DNA of 64,000 nt from Macrostomum hystrix (GCA_950097015.1 CATNEN010000037.1:3596001-3660000), one strand, 5' to 3'; counted from the stretch's first letter, positions 1 through 15,805 are shown. Notes: generated by a model not told the origin, from the sequence alone. Made by a program: numbers and translations.

Positions 1-28
1 TATACAAAACATTAACAGAAACAATTAA

Positions 29-2101
<2,073 letters not shown>

Positions 2102-2454
2102 AAACGAATAACAGAAAATTGCCTAGCTGATTTTTTCGTCCTGCTTCTGTTTTACAGAAACTAACCATTTCCTGTTTGCGAATCTACGAGTAAATTATTC
2201 TGTAAAACTCGAAATAGATTTGTTAGAAAAAAGTTAAAATACGGCTCGTAGGATCCTATTTAACTATGTTAATAATTCTGCCGACAAAATGCCTCCGAGA
2301 AAGCTCTATCAATATTGTCATGCGAAATTTTGCTTATTTTAATTTACTTCATTCATACAGAGACTCGGGGAGATTTAGGATAGGAGAGACTAAACAGAAG
2401 CGCTTAAATCTGACAGGGGCGGATAGAGAAGAGAAGCGGTAAGATTAGAGAGTC

Positions 2455-3470
2455 AGAGAGATCAGAGAGGCGGTGAGATCAAAGTAAGGAGAGAGATCAG
2501 AGAGGCGGTGAGATCAGAGGGGAGGAGAGATCAAAGAAAGGGGAGAGATCAGAGAGGCGAAGAGACAAAGAAAGGCGGTGAGATCAGAGAGGCGGTGAGA
2601 TCAGAGAGGCGGAGAGATCAGAGAGGCGGAGAGATCAGAGAGGCGGAGAGATCAGAGAGGCGGTGAGATCAGAGAGGCGGTGAGATCAGAGAGGCGGTGA
2701 GATCAGAGAGGCGGTGAGATCAGAGGGGAGGAGAGATCAAAGAAAGGGGAGAGATCAGAGAGGCGAAGAGACAAGAAAGGCGGTGAGATCAGAGAGGCGG
2801 TGAGATCAGAGAGGCGGAGAGATCAGAGAGGCGGAGAGATCAGAGAAGCGGAGAGATCAGAGAAGCGGAGAGATCAGAGAGGCGGTGAGATCAGAGTGGC
2901 GGAGAGATCAGAGAGGCGGAGAGATCAGAGAGGCGGTGAGATCAGAGAGGCAGTGAGATCAGAGAGGCGGAGAGATCAGAGAGGCGGAGAGATCAGAGAG
3001 GCGGTGAGATCAGAGAGGCGGTGAGATCAGAGAAGCGGAGAGATCAGAGAAGCGGAGAGATCAGAGGGGAGGAGAGATCAAAGAAAGGGGAGAGATCAGA
3101 GAGGCGAAGAGACAAGAAAGGCGGTGAGATCAGAGAGGCGGTGAGATCAGAGAGGCGGAGAGATCAGAGAGGCGGAGAGATCAGAGAAGCGGAGAGATCA
3201 GAGAAGCGGAGAGATCAGAGAGGCGGTGAGATCAGAGTGGCGGAGAGATCAGAGAGGCGGAGAGATCAGAGAGGCGGTGAGATCAGAGAGGCAGTGAGAT
3301 CAGAGAGGCGGAGAGATCAGAGAGGCGGAGAGATCAGAGAGGCGGAGAGATCAGAGAGGCGGTGAGATCAGAGAGGCGGAGAGATCAGAGAGGCGGTGAG
3401 ATCAGAGAAGCGGTGAGATCAGAGAGGCGGAGAGATCAGAGAGGCGGAGAGATCAGAGAGGCGAAGAGAT
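2455..3470. repeat. Minisatellite, 17-bp GATCAGAGAGGCGG(A/T)GA
   Basis: Tandem copies with internal block duplications; the same family occurs at 4212-4440. Confidence 0.95.
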
Positions 3471-4048
3471 TGGAGACGCGTAAAGACGAGATTGAGGCGA
3501 ATATATACAAGAGAGACGGAAAGATCAAAGAGAGTTGGAGAGACAGGTCACTTTGAAGGCAATAGTATAAAAGAACTATATGAGGAGAAAAATACCTTTA
3601 TTTGTAATTGCACTACTTAAAGCAGTAAAAAGCAAATTGTGTTTTAAATATTTGCTTTACATTTGACGATAAAAATATGCACCAAATGCATTTGAGACCT
3701 AGGTAGGGGTAACTAAAATCAATTAAGTAGGACGTACGAGTATTTTGATAAAAAGAAACGCATTGCATGAGAAGTGGCTTTTAAGCAAATGAGTAGAAAA
3801 TTTTTTTGTCGATCAAGCCTTTCAATTGGCCTTTTGAATTGGATTCGTTAATTAAAAATAAATGTTCGAATCCAAATCTAAAATAAAGGTCCCATTAGAA
3901 ATGTGATTTTGAAGATAAAACTTGTTTAAATTAGGAATGATTTTATATTACTCGTACTTTCGAAATGAGTGTGGTGAAAAAAGCGCAGGAAAAGACCAAA
4001 GAGAAATATATCAGATCTAATATGAGAAACTTGATTACTTTTTTATAG

Positions 4049-4530
4049 CACATTCCCGAATCGGGTCAGATGTGCAGCCGAAAGCACAGCCGCAGCTCTT
4101 GGTTGCGTACGGCTGTTCAGTCCATGGACTGGGGGGACGCCACACCCACCTTCAATTATCCCAGCTAATGCTGGTACCCATTTAACAGCTGGGTGAACTG
4201 TTAGCAATGCAGAGAGAGATCAGAGAGGCGGAGAGATCAGAGAGGCGGTGAGATCAGAGAGGCGGAGAGATCAGAGAGGCGGTGAGATCAGAGAGGCGGA
4301 GAGATCAGAGAGGCGGTGAGATCAGAGAGGCGGAGAGATCAGAGAGGCGGAGAGATCAGAGAGGCGGTGAGATCAGAGAGGCGGAGAGATCAGAGAGGCG
4401 GCGAGATCAGAGTGGCGGAGAGATCAGAGAGGCGGAGATATCACCTCTGTGTCTTGCCAAAATACACAAACTGTTTCATTGAAGCCGGGAATTGAACCCC
4501 CGACCTTCAAGTCGTGAGTCTAGCGATTAA
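4049..4530 (-). mobile_element. SINE family A copy interrupted by a 17-bp array (4212-4440)
   Basis: 4049-4210 and about 4450-4530 align by eye to the two halves of the 13525-13794 copy. Confidence 0.75.
4212..4440. repeat. Minisatellite, 17-bp GATCAGAGAGGCGG(A/T)GA, inside a SINE
   Basis: About 13 tandem copies. Confidence 0.95.
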
Positions 4531-5154
4531 TATAGTTGGAGATAAGATGAATGGATAAATTGATTTAATAGATAGGGATAAGAGGGCCACAGCTTCCTCG
4601 ATGTGGGTCTTGCAGTCAGGTCAATTCCTCCCCACCTAAATGGGAAGCTCCAGAAAGCCAGAAAGTCTGAATTTCAAGAAGGGATAATTAAATCCTTCCC
4701 GTTGGGAATTTTTATGCCGTACAGTAAAGATCTGATTTTAAAAAATTTCCAGCAGGCCGCAGCTCACGGACGCCGCTGTCAATAATTGATGACTTAATGG
4801 CTGCAGGATTTTTCTAAGCCAATGGAATTTAGGCCCTATGCCAGTGGTCTCACACAGCACTGTGCTAAAAATTCCTTGCCTAAAATCTGCATTACTTCTA
4901 GTCCCAATCGTCCGATTCTGAGCAGTCGTCTCAACAATGTGTAACTCCATTTCAGAGACGTGTAACACAGCATTGGCGTAGTTTGCTTTTAAGCCAAATG
5001 TTTCAATGTCCTTAACTTCTTTTATGTTCTTTTGTTGAGAAGGTACTAATGCTGCTTATAGTTTGATGCAATATAATTTTCTATTGAGAAAACTTCCAGG
5101 ATTGACAGAAAAACTATACACACAGTTGGAGAGTTTGAGTGCATGGCAGGATCT

Positions 5155-6612
5155 GTAACACGTTAGACAGAATCAGTACTAGACGGAAAGAGTAACATGT
5201 TAGACAGAAACAGTAACATGTTAGACAGAACTAGTAACATGTTAGACAGAAACAGTAACATGTTAGACAGAATCAGTACTAGACGGAAAGAGTAACATGT
5301 TAGACGGAACTAGTAACATGTTAGACAGAAACAGTAACATGTTAGACAGAAACAGTAACATGTTAGACAGAATCAGTACTAGACGGAAAGAGTAACATGT
5401 TAGACAGAAACAGTAACATGTTAGACAGAAACAGTAACATGTTAGACAGAATCAGTACTAGACGGAAAGAGTAACATGTTAGACAGAACTAGTAACATGT
5501 TAGACAGAAACAGTGACATTTTTAACAGAAACTGTAACATTTTAGACGGAAACAGTAACATTTTAGACGGAAACAGTAACATGTTAGACAGAAATAATAA
5601 CATGGTAGACAGAAATAATAACATGCTAGACAGGAACAGTGACATGTTAGACAGAAACAGTAACATGTTAGACAGAAACAGTAACATGTTAGACAGAAAC
5701 AGTAACATGTTAGACAGAAACAGTAACATGTTAGACAGAAACTTGTAACATGTTAGACAGAAACAGTGACATTTCTAACAGAAATAATAACATGTTAGAC
5801 AGAAACAGTAACATGTTAGACAGAAACTTGTAACATGTTAGACAAAAACAGTAACATGTTAGACAGGAACAGTGACATGTTAGACAGAAACAGTAACATG
5901 TTAGACAGAAACAGTAACATGTTAGACAGAAACAGTAACATGTTAGACAGAAACAGTAACATGTTAGACAGAAACAGTAACATGTTAGACAGAAACAGTG
6001 ACATGTTAGACAGAAATAGTAACATGTTAGACTGAAACAGTAACATGTTAGACAGAAAAAATAACATGTTAGACAGAAACAGTAACATGTTAAACAGAAA
6101 CAGTGACATGTTAGACAGAAACAGTAACATGTTAGACAGAAACAGTAACATGTTAGACAGAAATAGTAACATGTTAGACAGAAATAGTAACATGTTAGAC
6201 AGAAATAGTAACATGTTGGACAGAAATAGTAGCATGTTAGACAGAAACAGTAACATGTTAGACAGACACAGTAACATGTTAGACAGAAATAGTAACATGT
6301 TAGACAGAAACAGTAACATGTTAGACAGACACAGTAACATGTTAGACAGAAATAGTAACATGTTAGACAGAAACAGTAACATGTTAGACAGAAATAATAA
6401 CATGTTAGACAGAAACAGTAACATGTTAGACAGAAACAGTAACATGTTAGACAGACACAGTAACATGTTAGACAGAAACAGTAACATGTTAGACAGAAAC
6501 AGTAACATGTTAGACAGAAACAGTAACATGTTAGACAGAAATAATAACATGTTAGACAGAAACAGTAACATGTTAGACAGAAATAATAACATGTTAGACA
6601 GAAACAGTAACA
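5155..6612. repeat. Minisatellite, 21-bp TAACATGTTAGACAGAAACAG
   Basis: About 65-70 tandem copies; the unit holds the palindrome TAACATGTTA. Confidence 0.97.
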
Positions 6613-6830
6613 TTCCAGCTAATTGCTTTGGCTTAAAAAATGCATCAATGTTCCATATGAGTTTAACAAAAGCCGAAAAGTGATTACCATCTCTGACCCA
6701 TCTCTAACCATCGTCTAACCCAATGCTGAAAAAAGCTACAAAAATCCATTTAAATGATTAGCGGCAAGTTGTTCTATCGTGTGGAATTATAGAGAGAAAA
6801 AAAGCAACACAATAGGATTGCTGCTTGATT

Positions 6831-6905
6831 CAACAGCTAGATGTGTGGGCTGAGAACAACTTGATGCTGGTAGATTAAAAAACTGTGGGTTTGAGTGTTG
6901 AATTT
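6831..6905 (+). pseudogene. Possible decayed LINE reverse-transcriptase remnant
   Basis: QQLDVWAENNLMLVD*KTV resembles the RT C-terminal W...N.M.LN..KT motif. It is very short and contains a stop. Confidence 0.3.
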
Positions 6906-7384
6906 TCATAGCCCTATCAGGTCATTACTCAGCAATGTTCTGATCCCAGCCTTCTGATGCCGACCAAAATAGGAAGAGATGAGAATAATATAACTGCCTT
7001 TTTTCTGAGTGGGTATTGTCTCATCATTGTATATACGAAAATTATTCTATATAGAATAGCTATGTGATAAGTTAGATATGCCCAGAATGTGAATTTACCT
7101 GCCTGTTAAATAATTCAGGCAGTGAGCCACATCCTGATGGTGGCGGGTAGTCAGCCCACCCACCCAACCGCGCATTGGTGGCAGCGGCTGCCTGGTGGCA
7201 GAAATTTCTGTTGAATATTTTATTGATGCCGCCAACTTGACAGGCTGGGTGGATACACCGCATCAGAGTTGGGAGATTTGGGAAATTCTTTTAGAGACCA
7301 TTGGGTCAACTTTTTTGGCTGAGTTGGAAATATTGTGACATTGTGCCATCGATGCGAAATCGACCATCGTACAGTTCATGCATC

Positions 7385-8490
7385 ATGGTCTTACAGATTA
7401 TACATGATTGTCCTACAGATTATACATGATGGTCCTACAGTTTATACATGATGGTCCTACAGATTATTCATGATGGTCCTACAGATAATTCATGATGGTC
7501 CTACAGATTATTCATGATGGTCCTACAGTTTATACATGATGGTCCTACAGATTATACATGATGGTTTTACAGACTATACATGATTGTCCTACAGATTATA
7601 CATGATGGTCCTACAGTTTATACATGATGGTCCTACAGATAATTCATGATGGTTTTACAGATTGTACATGATGGTCCTACAGATCATACATGATGGTCCT
7701 ACAGATTATTCATGATGGTCCTACAGATTATACATGATGGTCCTACAGATTATTCATGATGGTCCTATAGATTATACATGATGGTCCTACAGATTATTCA
7801 TGATGGTCCTACAGATTATACATGATGGTCCTACAGATTATTCATGATGGTACTACAGATTATACATGATGGTCCTACAGATTATTCATAATGGTCCTAC
7901 AGATTATACATGATGGTCCTACAGATTATTCATGATGGTCCTACAGATCATACATGATGGTGCTACAGATTATACATTATTCTGCATAATCACTAATTAT
8001 GTAGTGAGTTGCTGGTCCTACAGATTATGTAATGAGTTGCTGGTCCTACAGATTATGTAATGAGTTGCTGGTCCTACAGATTATGTAATGAGTTGCTGGT
8101 CCTACAGATTATGTAATGAGTTGCTGATCTTACAGATTATGTAATGAGTTGCTGATCTTACAGATTACGTAATGAGTTGCTGATCTTACAGATTACGTAA
8201 TGAGTTGCTGATCTTACAGATTATGTGATGAGTTGCTGATCTTACAGATTACGTAATGAGTTGCTGATCTTACAGATTACGTAATGAGTTGCTGATCTTA
8301 CAGATTATGTAATGAGTTGCTGATCCTACAGATTACGTAATGAGTTGCTGATCCTACAGATTATGTAATGAGTTGCTGAACCTACAGATTATGTAATGAG
8401 TTGCTGATCCTACAGATTATATAATGAGTTGCTGATCCTACAGATTATGCAATGAGTTGCTGATCCTACAGATTATGTAATGAGTTGCTG
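7385..8490. repeat. Compound array: 22-bp TACAGATTATACATGATGGTCC (to about 7980), then 28-bp TACAGATTATGTAATGAGTTGCTGATCC
   Basis: Two adjacent arrays share the core CCTACAGATTA. Confidence 0.95.
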
Positions 8491-11113
8491 GTTGCACTCG
8501 CAGAATGTCGGCAAATTTCAAAGGATATATTTTTTCCGAGTCATATTGAACGAAGAAGTCCAAACATTTCCCTGAAACTTCAATGACTCGTTGAAAGTAA
8601 TCCCTGCAACAGCTTGCAGCGAGTTGGTCGTTCCCCTAGTTCGGAGCGCTCTAATCCCATGATCCCCTATTGTATTTAATAGGATTTTAATCCCTAAACC
8701 CTGAGCTCCAGTGCTAAACAATAAAAATGAGCATAGTTTTTGTGTCATGCGAGCTACGCTCAGCGCATTGAAGGATTATTGGTCAGTTTGCAGTTGCACA
8801 GTCAGTTAAGAGTTCTGCTATTTTTCCTGCCTTCTGTCTCATAGCTGCTGTTCCTGTGTTAACAGCCTCTAAACACACACGCACTCCCCTTTAACAATCA
8901 GAAATTCAGTTATGCTGAGAAAAAATCGTAAATTACCTAACGAGCTATTCTGCCGCGGCAGCAGCTCAAACCCTGTCTCCACTGCCGCTGCTCTGCTGCT
9001 TCTGCGGGCAGTCCCCCAGCTCACTCACCAGCCAGCGCAAACAATTCATAGCTGATTGATTGCCTGCAGTAGCAGTCATTGTTGTGCCCCGGGCCGCGGC
9101 TGACACAATGCGGCTAGGCCGCGGATGGAGTGGGGTGGGTAGCTAACCCAGAGACTGCTAAGTCAGAATGGGATCGCTCCTCTGTGTCTATCTCTAGACT
9201 CCCAGTTTTTTATTCCCGCTAAAAAATCTCATATGCATGCCAATATTCATTCGACAATGGACCCGCGTAATTTAATGTGGCCTCGCCGCGGATTCGAACT
9301 CGGGGATTATTGATGCAAATGCGGGAGTCAGCAGGTGATGTTATAAGGTAAGGCCGAGTTGATTCCAATTATTAGTAAGTGCAATTATTGAAATAGAATC
9401 TCAGCGGAACAAACACAGCGTTTCAACTTCTAAAGCCCTGCTTGCCGAATGTAAGACTTGACGCACACTTGCAGCTATGAAGCTTCCTTTAGTTGAATCT
9501 TGACGTCTGCTTCCGGGCACGAAGTTTGGAGCTTGGAAACGGCGGTGGCGCCTTTGCGCTCACTCTCTCTCTTTGATTTTCTACCTCATGGTGAGTAGAG
9601 ATAGCATAGGCAGGAGGGGATTACTCTCCCCCTAGCACGGCGGGCTGGGGGAGAGTAGAGAAGTGTGGTGACAGACCAGAGGTAGGGGAAGGCCTTTTCC
9701 GGCATGGAGGGGGTGGCTAACCTGGAACTGCCAAATGTCTGCAGCGCGCATATTGGCTGGGAACAAAGGGTAGCGGAGGGGGAGGGGTAGAATATTGGGG
9801 CTTTTGTTAGGCGGGTTTGCGCGCATCATGCATTGGCTTGCTGAATGGCTAGAGAGAATGGGGTTCTAGTTTTTTTTTCAGCTAATGAAATCTCTCTCTC
9901 TGCTTTTCTCTGCGTGCCGCGCCTATTTCCCCGATGCCATGCAATCCCAAACCCCTCAGCGGGTACGGAGGTTTAATACAGTCATTTTTTAGGCTGATCA
10001 GCAGACAGTTGTGAGTTTGGCTAGCTCAGGGTAGTTGTGGGGGTGGCTGCAGGTGACTTGTGACTCAGAGAATGGCGGTGAGTGAGCGAGTGAGTGTGTT
10101 TGTTGTGCTTATAAAAACACAACTGGAGTGGATCCCAAAGAGGGACTCCACAAGAGGTGGGATAAAACTCCTAATTCTTCCCTCCCCTATCGCACTCTGT
10201 TCTTCATTTTCCTTCTATTCTGTTCAAGAATTTTGACAGCGGCAAGCTAACCTGCTTAGCTGTTTTGAACTGACAACACTAGTGCACAGGTAATAATAAC
10301 ACTGGTATCGTAAGATAAGTTTGAGATAAATAGCTTGAGCTATTTCTTAAACGGCACCCGTAAACACATTTTCGGAGACTTTGAAAGAGAAGATAAATAC
10401 TAGTTGGAGATTTAGTAGAAAAATTTCTGCTGTCTGCATGAAAGTGTCCAGTGCTACCAGTCAGTCTTACAAAAGATAGAAAATGAATAAGACCCGAATG
10501 CGAGTTGGATGCAGATAGAAACTAGGGCTCACTATTGAAGTGCCTATGTATTGTCTAACAGCCCAGTCTCATTTCCAACAATAAACCTTCTTACCTCTCC
10601 TGGTCAGGTAACACTTAGCCTCAGCTAGTCTGATTATGGTATAGAATTATGGTACCCATCGAGCTATTTAGGCTATATATTGCTATTGTTTGTTACTCGA
10701 GCAATTCGCTTGGCCTTCGTTAGTCTCTTCTGTTTGACCTAGTTCCGTTTTTTTCGAAATGCTAGTTTGCGAAGCATGCGAAGTTTGACGCGCATTGGTA
10801 AGACCAAAAAACAGACTATTTTGACAACTTGATTGTGCGATCATGATAAACTGAGAATTAAAGTTGAACCTGCCTTGATTGTCCAAACGCAATTCTTGCA
10901 AACCTGCTCAAGAGTCTGATCTGATCAAAACTCTGACAAGAACTGTGTTCGGACATCAGTGCATTTCTCAGTACTCAACTGGCGCTCAACATGTCCCACA
11001 CTTGGCTTACCTTATAGCTAATTGTTGACTTTATTATTACATTTCTAATCATGTCTAGCCGCGATAATGCAGTGCACAAGAAGACAAATTTCCTACAAGT
11101 AATTAGCTTAGAT

Positions 11114-11751
11114 CAGGGGTCGGCAACCTTATATACCCCGCGGGCTAAAGAGAGAATCTTAAAGACGACGGCGGGCCGCATGAAGAAAGGGGAGAGATGA
11201 GACCACAGATACTATAATAAGTGTTATTATAGTTATTATAGTATCTGTGGATGAGACACGGGAGAGATCAGTCAGGTGAGAGATGAGACGGGGGAGATAC
11301 GACGCAAGAGAGATGAGATAGGGGAGAGATAAGACAGGGGAGAGATGAGACTGGGGAGAGGTGAGACTGGGGAGAGATGAGACTGGGGAGAGATAAGACA
11401 GGGGAGAGATAAGACAGGGAGAGATGAGATAGGGAAGAGGTGAGACAGGGGAGAGATAAGACAGGGGAGAGATAAGACAGGGGAGAGATAAGACAGGGAG
11501 AGATAAGACAGGGGAGAGATGAGACAGGGGAGAGATAAGACAGGGAGAGATAAGACAGGGGAGAGATGAGACAGGGGAGAGATAAGACAGGGGAGAGGTG
11601 AGACAGCGGAGAGATGAGACAGGGGAGAGGTGAGACAAGGGAGAGATGAGATAGGGTGTACTGTAGAGTAGGTGTTAGGAGGAGCTAAGGGCCGGATTTG
11701 GGAGCTTCGAGGGCCGCATCTGGCCCGCGGGCCGGAGGTTGCCGACCCCTG
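11114..11751. mobile_element. hAT (Charlie/Buster-like) MITE, 638 bp, with an internal GA-rich minisatellite
   Basis: Perfect 16-bp TIR CAGGGGTCGGCAACCT and 8-bp TSD GCTTAGAT (11106-11113, 11752-11759) with a central TA. The subterminal GGCCCGCGGGCC motif is typical of Charlie-like elements. Confidence 0.92.
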
Positions 11752-11894
11752 GCTTAGATAAAACAATGTACGAGTATAATGCCTGTTGATTACCAGCAGC
11801 TTCTGCTGACACCCAGTTAATAACTGACACCCAATTCATGAAAGCCTTTTTTTCATGAGACCATTGCACCTTATTAACTCATTGACACCCTTGT

Positions 11895-13140
11895 TTATTC
11901 CTGACACACTCAAATCCTGACACAGTTTATTCCTGACACACTCAACTCCTGACAGTTTATTCCTGACACACTCAACTCCTGACAGTTTATTCCTGACACA
12001 CTCAACTCCTGACAGTTTATTCCTGACACACTCAACTCCTGACACAGTTTATTCCTGACACACTCAACTCTTGACAGTTTATTCCTGACACACTCAACTC
12101 CTGACACAGTTTATTCCTGACACACTCAACTCCTGACACAGTTTATTCCTGACACACTCAACTCCTGACAGTTTATTCCTGACACACTCAACTCCTGACA
12201 GTTTATTCCTGACACACTCAACTCCTGACACAGTTTATTCCTGACACACTCAACTCCTGACAGTTTATTCCTGACATACTCAACTCCTGACAGTTTATTC
12301 CTGACACACTCAACTCCTGACAGTTTATTCCTGACACACTCAACTCCTGACAGTTTATTCCTGACACACTCAACTCCTGACACAGTTTATTCCTGACACA
12401 CTCAACTCCTGACAGTTTATTCCTGACATACTCAACTCCTGACAGTTTATTCCTGACACACTCAACTCCTGACAGTTTATTCCTGACACACTCAACTCCT
12501 GACAGTTTATTCCTGACACACTCAACTCCTGACAGTTTATTCCTGACACACTCAACTCCTGACAGTTTATTCCTGACACACTCAACTCCTGACACAGTTT
12601 ATTCCCGACACCCTCATTAACTCCTTGACACCACTGTCTATTCCCGACACCCTCATTAACTCCTTGACACCCCTGTCTATTCCTGGCACCCTCATTAACT
12701 CCATGACACCACTGTCTATTCCCGACACCCTCACTAACTCCATGACACCACTGTCTATTCCTGACACCCTCATTAACTCCATGACACCACTGTCTATTCC
12801 CGACACCGTCATTAACTCCCTGACACCCCTGTTTATTCCTGACACCCTCATTAACTCCATGACACCACTGTCTATTCCTGACACCCTCATTAACTCCATG
12901 ACGCCACTGTCTATTTCTGACACCCTCATTAACTCCTTGACACCCCTGTCTATTCCTGGCACCCTCATTAACTCCTTGACACCCCTGTCTATTCCTGACA
13001 CCCTCATTAACTCCATGACTCCCCTGTCTATTCCTGACACCCTCATTAACTCCATGACACCACTGTCTATTCCTGACACCCTCATTAACTCCATGACACC
13101 ACTGTCTATTCCTGACACCCTCATTAGTTGCTTGACGCCT
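11895..13140. repeat. Compound array: 30/32-bp TTTATTCCTGACACACTCAACTCCTGACAG (to about 12600), then 39-bp CTATTCCTGACACCCTCATTAACTCCATGACACCACTGT
   Basis: Tandem copies; the two units are alignable. Confidence 0.95.
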
Positions 13141-13524
13141 GTTTATTTCGCACAAATTTTTCACCCCTGACACTTTTTTCAACTCATGGCACATTGTTTC
13201 ATCCCAACTCGCTTGTCTCGCGTGTTGCGACTCGCCCCTGTCAAGGTCCATAACAATAATTGCGCCATTATTTTGTGATATACGAGCGTAGAAATTCATT
13301 CACTGAGTTAGTGAACGAAGAGCCACTTTGTAAGCTGACAATTTTGGCCCTTCTCTTCATGCTTCAGTTATCTCCGTGATATCCGTCAGTTGATTTTTGG
13401 AATATCTAAATTAAATTTATAATATTGCATTGTATTTCGCTTTTGAAGGCTTGGAAAAAAGCAGCTATGTTTTTGAACTAACAAAGAGAATTAATTTCTG
13501 TTTTACTTGGTCTTTTGTTAAATA

Positions 13525-13794
13525 ATAAATAATAATAACTGCTTACACCTGCCCAAATCGGGCAATATGTGCAGCCGACAGCACAGCCGCAGCTATTCAG
13601 TCCATGGACTGTGGGGACGCCACACCCACCCTCAATTACCCCAGCTAATGTAGATACCCATTTAATAACTGGGTGAACTGAAGCAATGCACTGGAGTAAA
13701 TTGTCTTGCTAAAGGACACGAGCTGTTCCAGTGGAGTCGGGAATCGAACCCCCGATCTTCAGTTGTGAGTCCGACGCTCTAACCACTAGGCTAC
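13525..13794 (-). mobile_element. tRNA-derived SINE (family A), near full length, CORE-like middle
   Basis: On the minus strand: A-box TAGCCTAGTGG, B-box GGTTCGATTCC, then GTGTCCTTTAGCAAG..CTTCAGTTCACCCAG..AAATGGGT resembling the MIR CORE domain, and a (TTA)n-like tail. Confidence 0.8.
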
Positions 13795-15805
13795 AACTAC
13801 AACTTCAATTAATGTTCTAGAAAATAAGCTATTTGATTATAAAATAAATCCAACTCGCTATCGCTTCTCAAATTAGTAAATGTAACCATTTTATTTTTTC
13901 TAGGTAAAGTCAGTTTTTGTGTTACGAAAACATGAATAACAGTTGATTAATTTACTATACCATCATTGAGCAAATTAAATGTTGCCTATTTTGTTAAAAA
14001 AATATGATAATATGAAATCAGCTTTAATAATTTCGGGGAAAAATTGCTTAAGCAAAAGTTTCAGTTGACCGTTGCGTTGACTGGTATCGTCTGATTACAA
14101 ATCGTTTCTTATTACCCGTTATTATTTACAACAAAATTAAATTCAGCAGCTTATCGTTTATAATTTAAATCATTGAAAATCATTGAAATTAACAGACTAA
14201 CAAATTATGCCATCGAATATGTGCTGTCAATAGAAGCAACTTGTTACCGAGATGTAATTTTTCGCCGAAATTGACCTGCTGATTCACAGCACTCACATTC
14301 ACAGCACATGGTTCACAGCTGAACCATGGGGCTACAACTTCTAGTTAAAAAACAATGGCAAATCAAAAAGTCCTGCTTTTTTTACTTCCAATATTAACAG
14401 TATACGTTCGATCGTTACCCCATCTAAAAGTTTTGTACTAGCTCTGATAGCAATATGCTGCGCGTAGCAACATGTCTCTCATATAGCAACGCTTAGAAGG
14501 CTCAAGTTGTAACGGTAGCTTTTATAAAGTACGACACGGCCGGGTCATTAAGTAAATCCAAAAACTATGTGTAGAAAAAATATGTGTAATTCCTCTCTTT
14601 TGCCATTGCTAAACAAACAATTGTGCCCATAAAGGATATGCCAATTAAAAAAGACACAGCAAACAAACTTGGCAACAATAAAGGTTTAGATCTAAAAAGT
14701 CCGGAGAAAAAGTTTAAATAAAAACAAATATAATAAGGAACAGTTAATAAAAAAGCAATATAGACAAGCTCTAGAGCAAAAAAGTAGAATATTATGCTGC
14801 ATTGTTTTCTAATATTTACCTTTTAACGAAAGGAAAATCACTTCCTTCATTTACATATATTTTCTTTGATTGTCAGACTTTACGCGTTAATTAAAAAATT
14901 CCTCGGTATCAGATTTGAATGGCGTTTATTATATATACAAACGTAGTTTTGAATCTATACTGAGGTCATTCGTTTGCCAAGGCTTTTTATGACTTTTTAA
15001 TGTACACGATTATTTATATTTTTTACCATGCTTTTTAGGTCATTTGTAATTATTGCATTATTGCATTTGTAAGATATCCAACATCCATTTCGTATTCTAA
15101 TATTTGTAAAAACGATAATAGCAACAAAATACTATATAGTACGGGTATTGACTTTCAGTGTTAATGTTTACTGTACTGAAAAAATCCAACACATTGAACC
15201 GATTAACTGCATTTCAACACTCTCCCTTTTAAGTTTTTTAATTTAGGAATCAGAGAGCATTAGAATACACTAATAACAATAGAATGATTGTCACTATTTT
15301 CAATAAAACAAATTAATATTTTCTTGTCAATAGTAAAAAAGTTATTTAGATAAATGTTATTTTGATAAGGCAAAAGTTGTTACATTTAAAAGCATTTTTT
15401 GTTTGTGATATTAGCTATTCTGATATAATTTTCTTTCATTAGTTTTTAAACTGGAAGAGAATGCAGCTTTACATAATTGATAAATACAGTAGACAATAAG
15501 TGACATTTTAAACACATTTTCCTATATTTTTATGTCACTTGCCACAATCTGAGAGTTTTTCAAACAAAAAACTAGCTAACCAGCAATTCTAGCTTTCTTG
15601 TCAATGACACTAAGAACAATCACAGCAAAGGCAGTTCAATGTATGTTTATGTATTTTTTATTTCGGTTAAGCTGGTTTTACAATAAAACAGAAGCTCAAT
15701 AGGCTATTTTTTATTATGTTAAAATGAATTTCAATGTTCTATAAATTTCCTATTTCTAATCCTTCTTGATTCCGTCTGTCAGCAGAAATCTCCACCGCAG
15801 CCCAG

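Noticed and set aside
5155-6612. p53-like half sites (TAACATGTTA; also TGACATGTCA at 47-50 kb)
   Set aside because: Both outer positions mismatch RRRCWWGYYY, and the half sites are not paired.
13740-13794. tRNA genes suggested by A/B boxes
   Set aside because: I could not fold a full cloverleaf; each head continues into a shared non-tRNA body, so these are SINEs.
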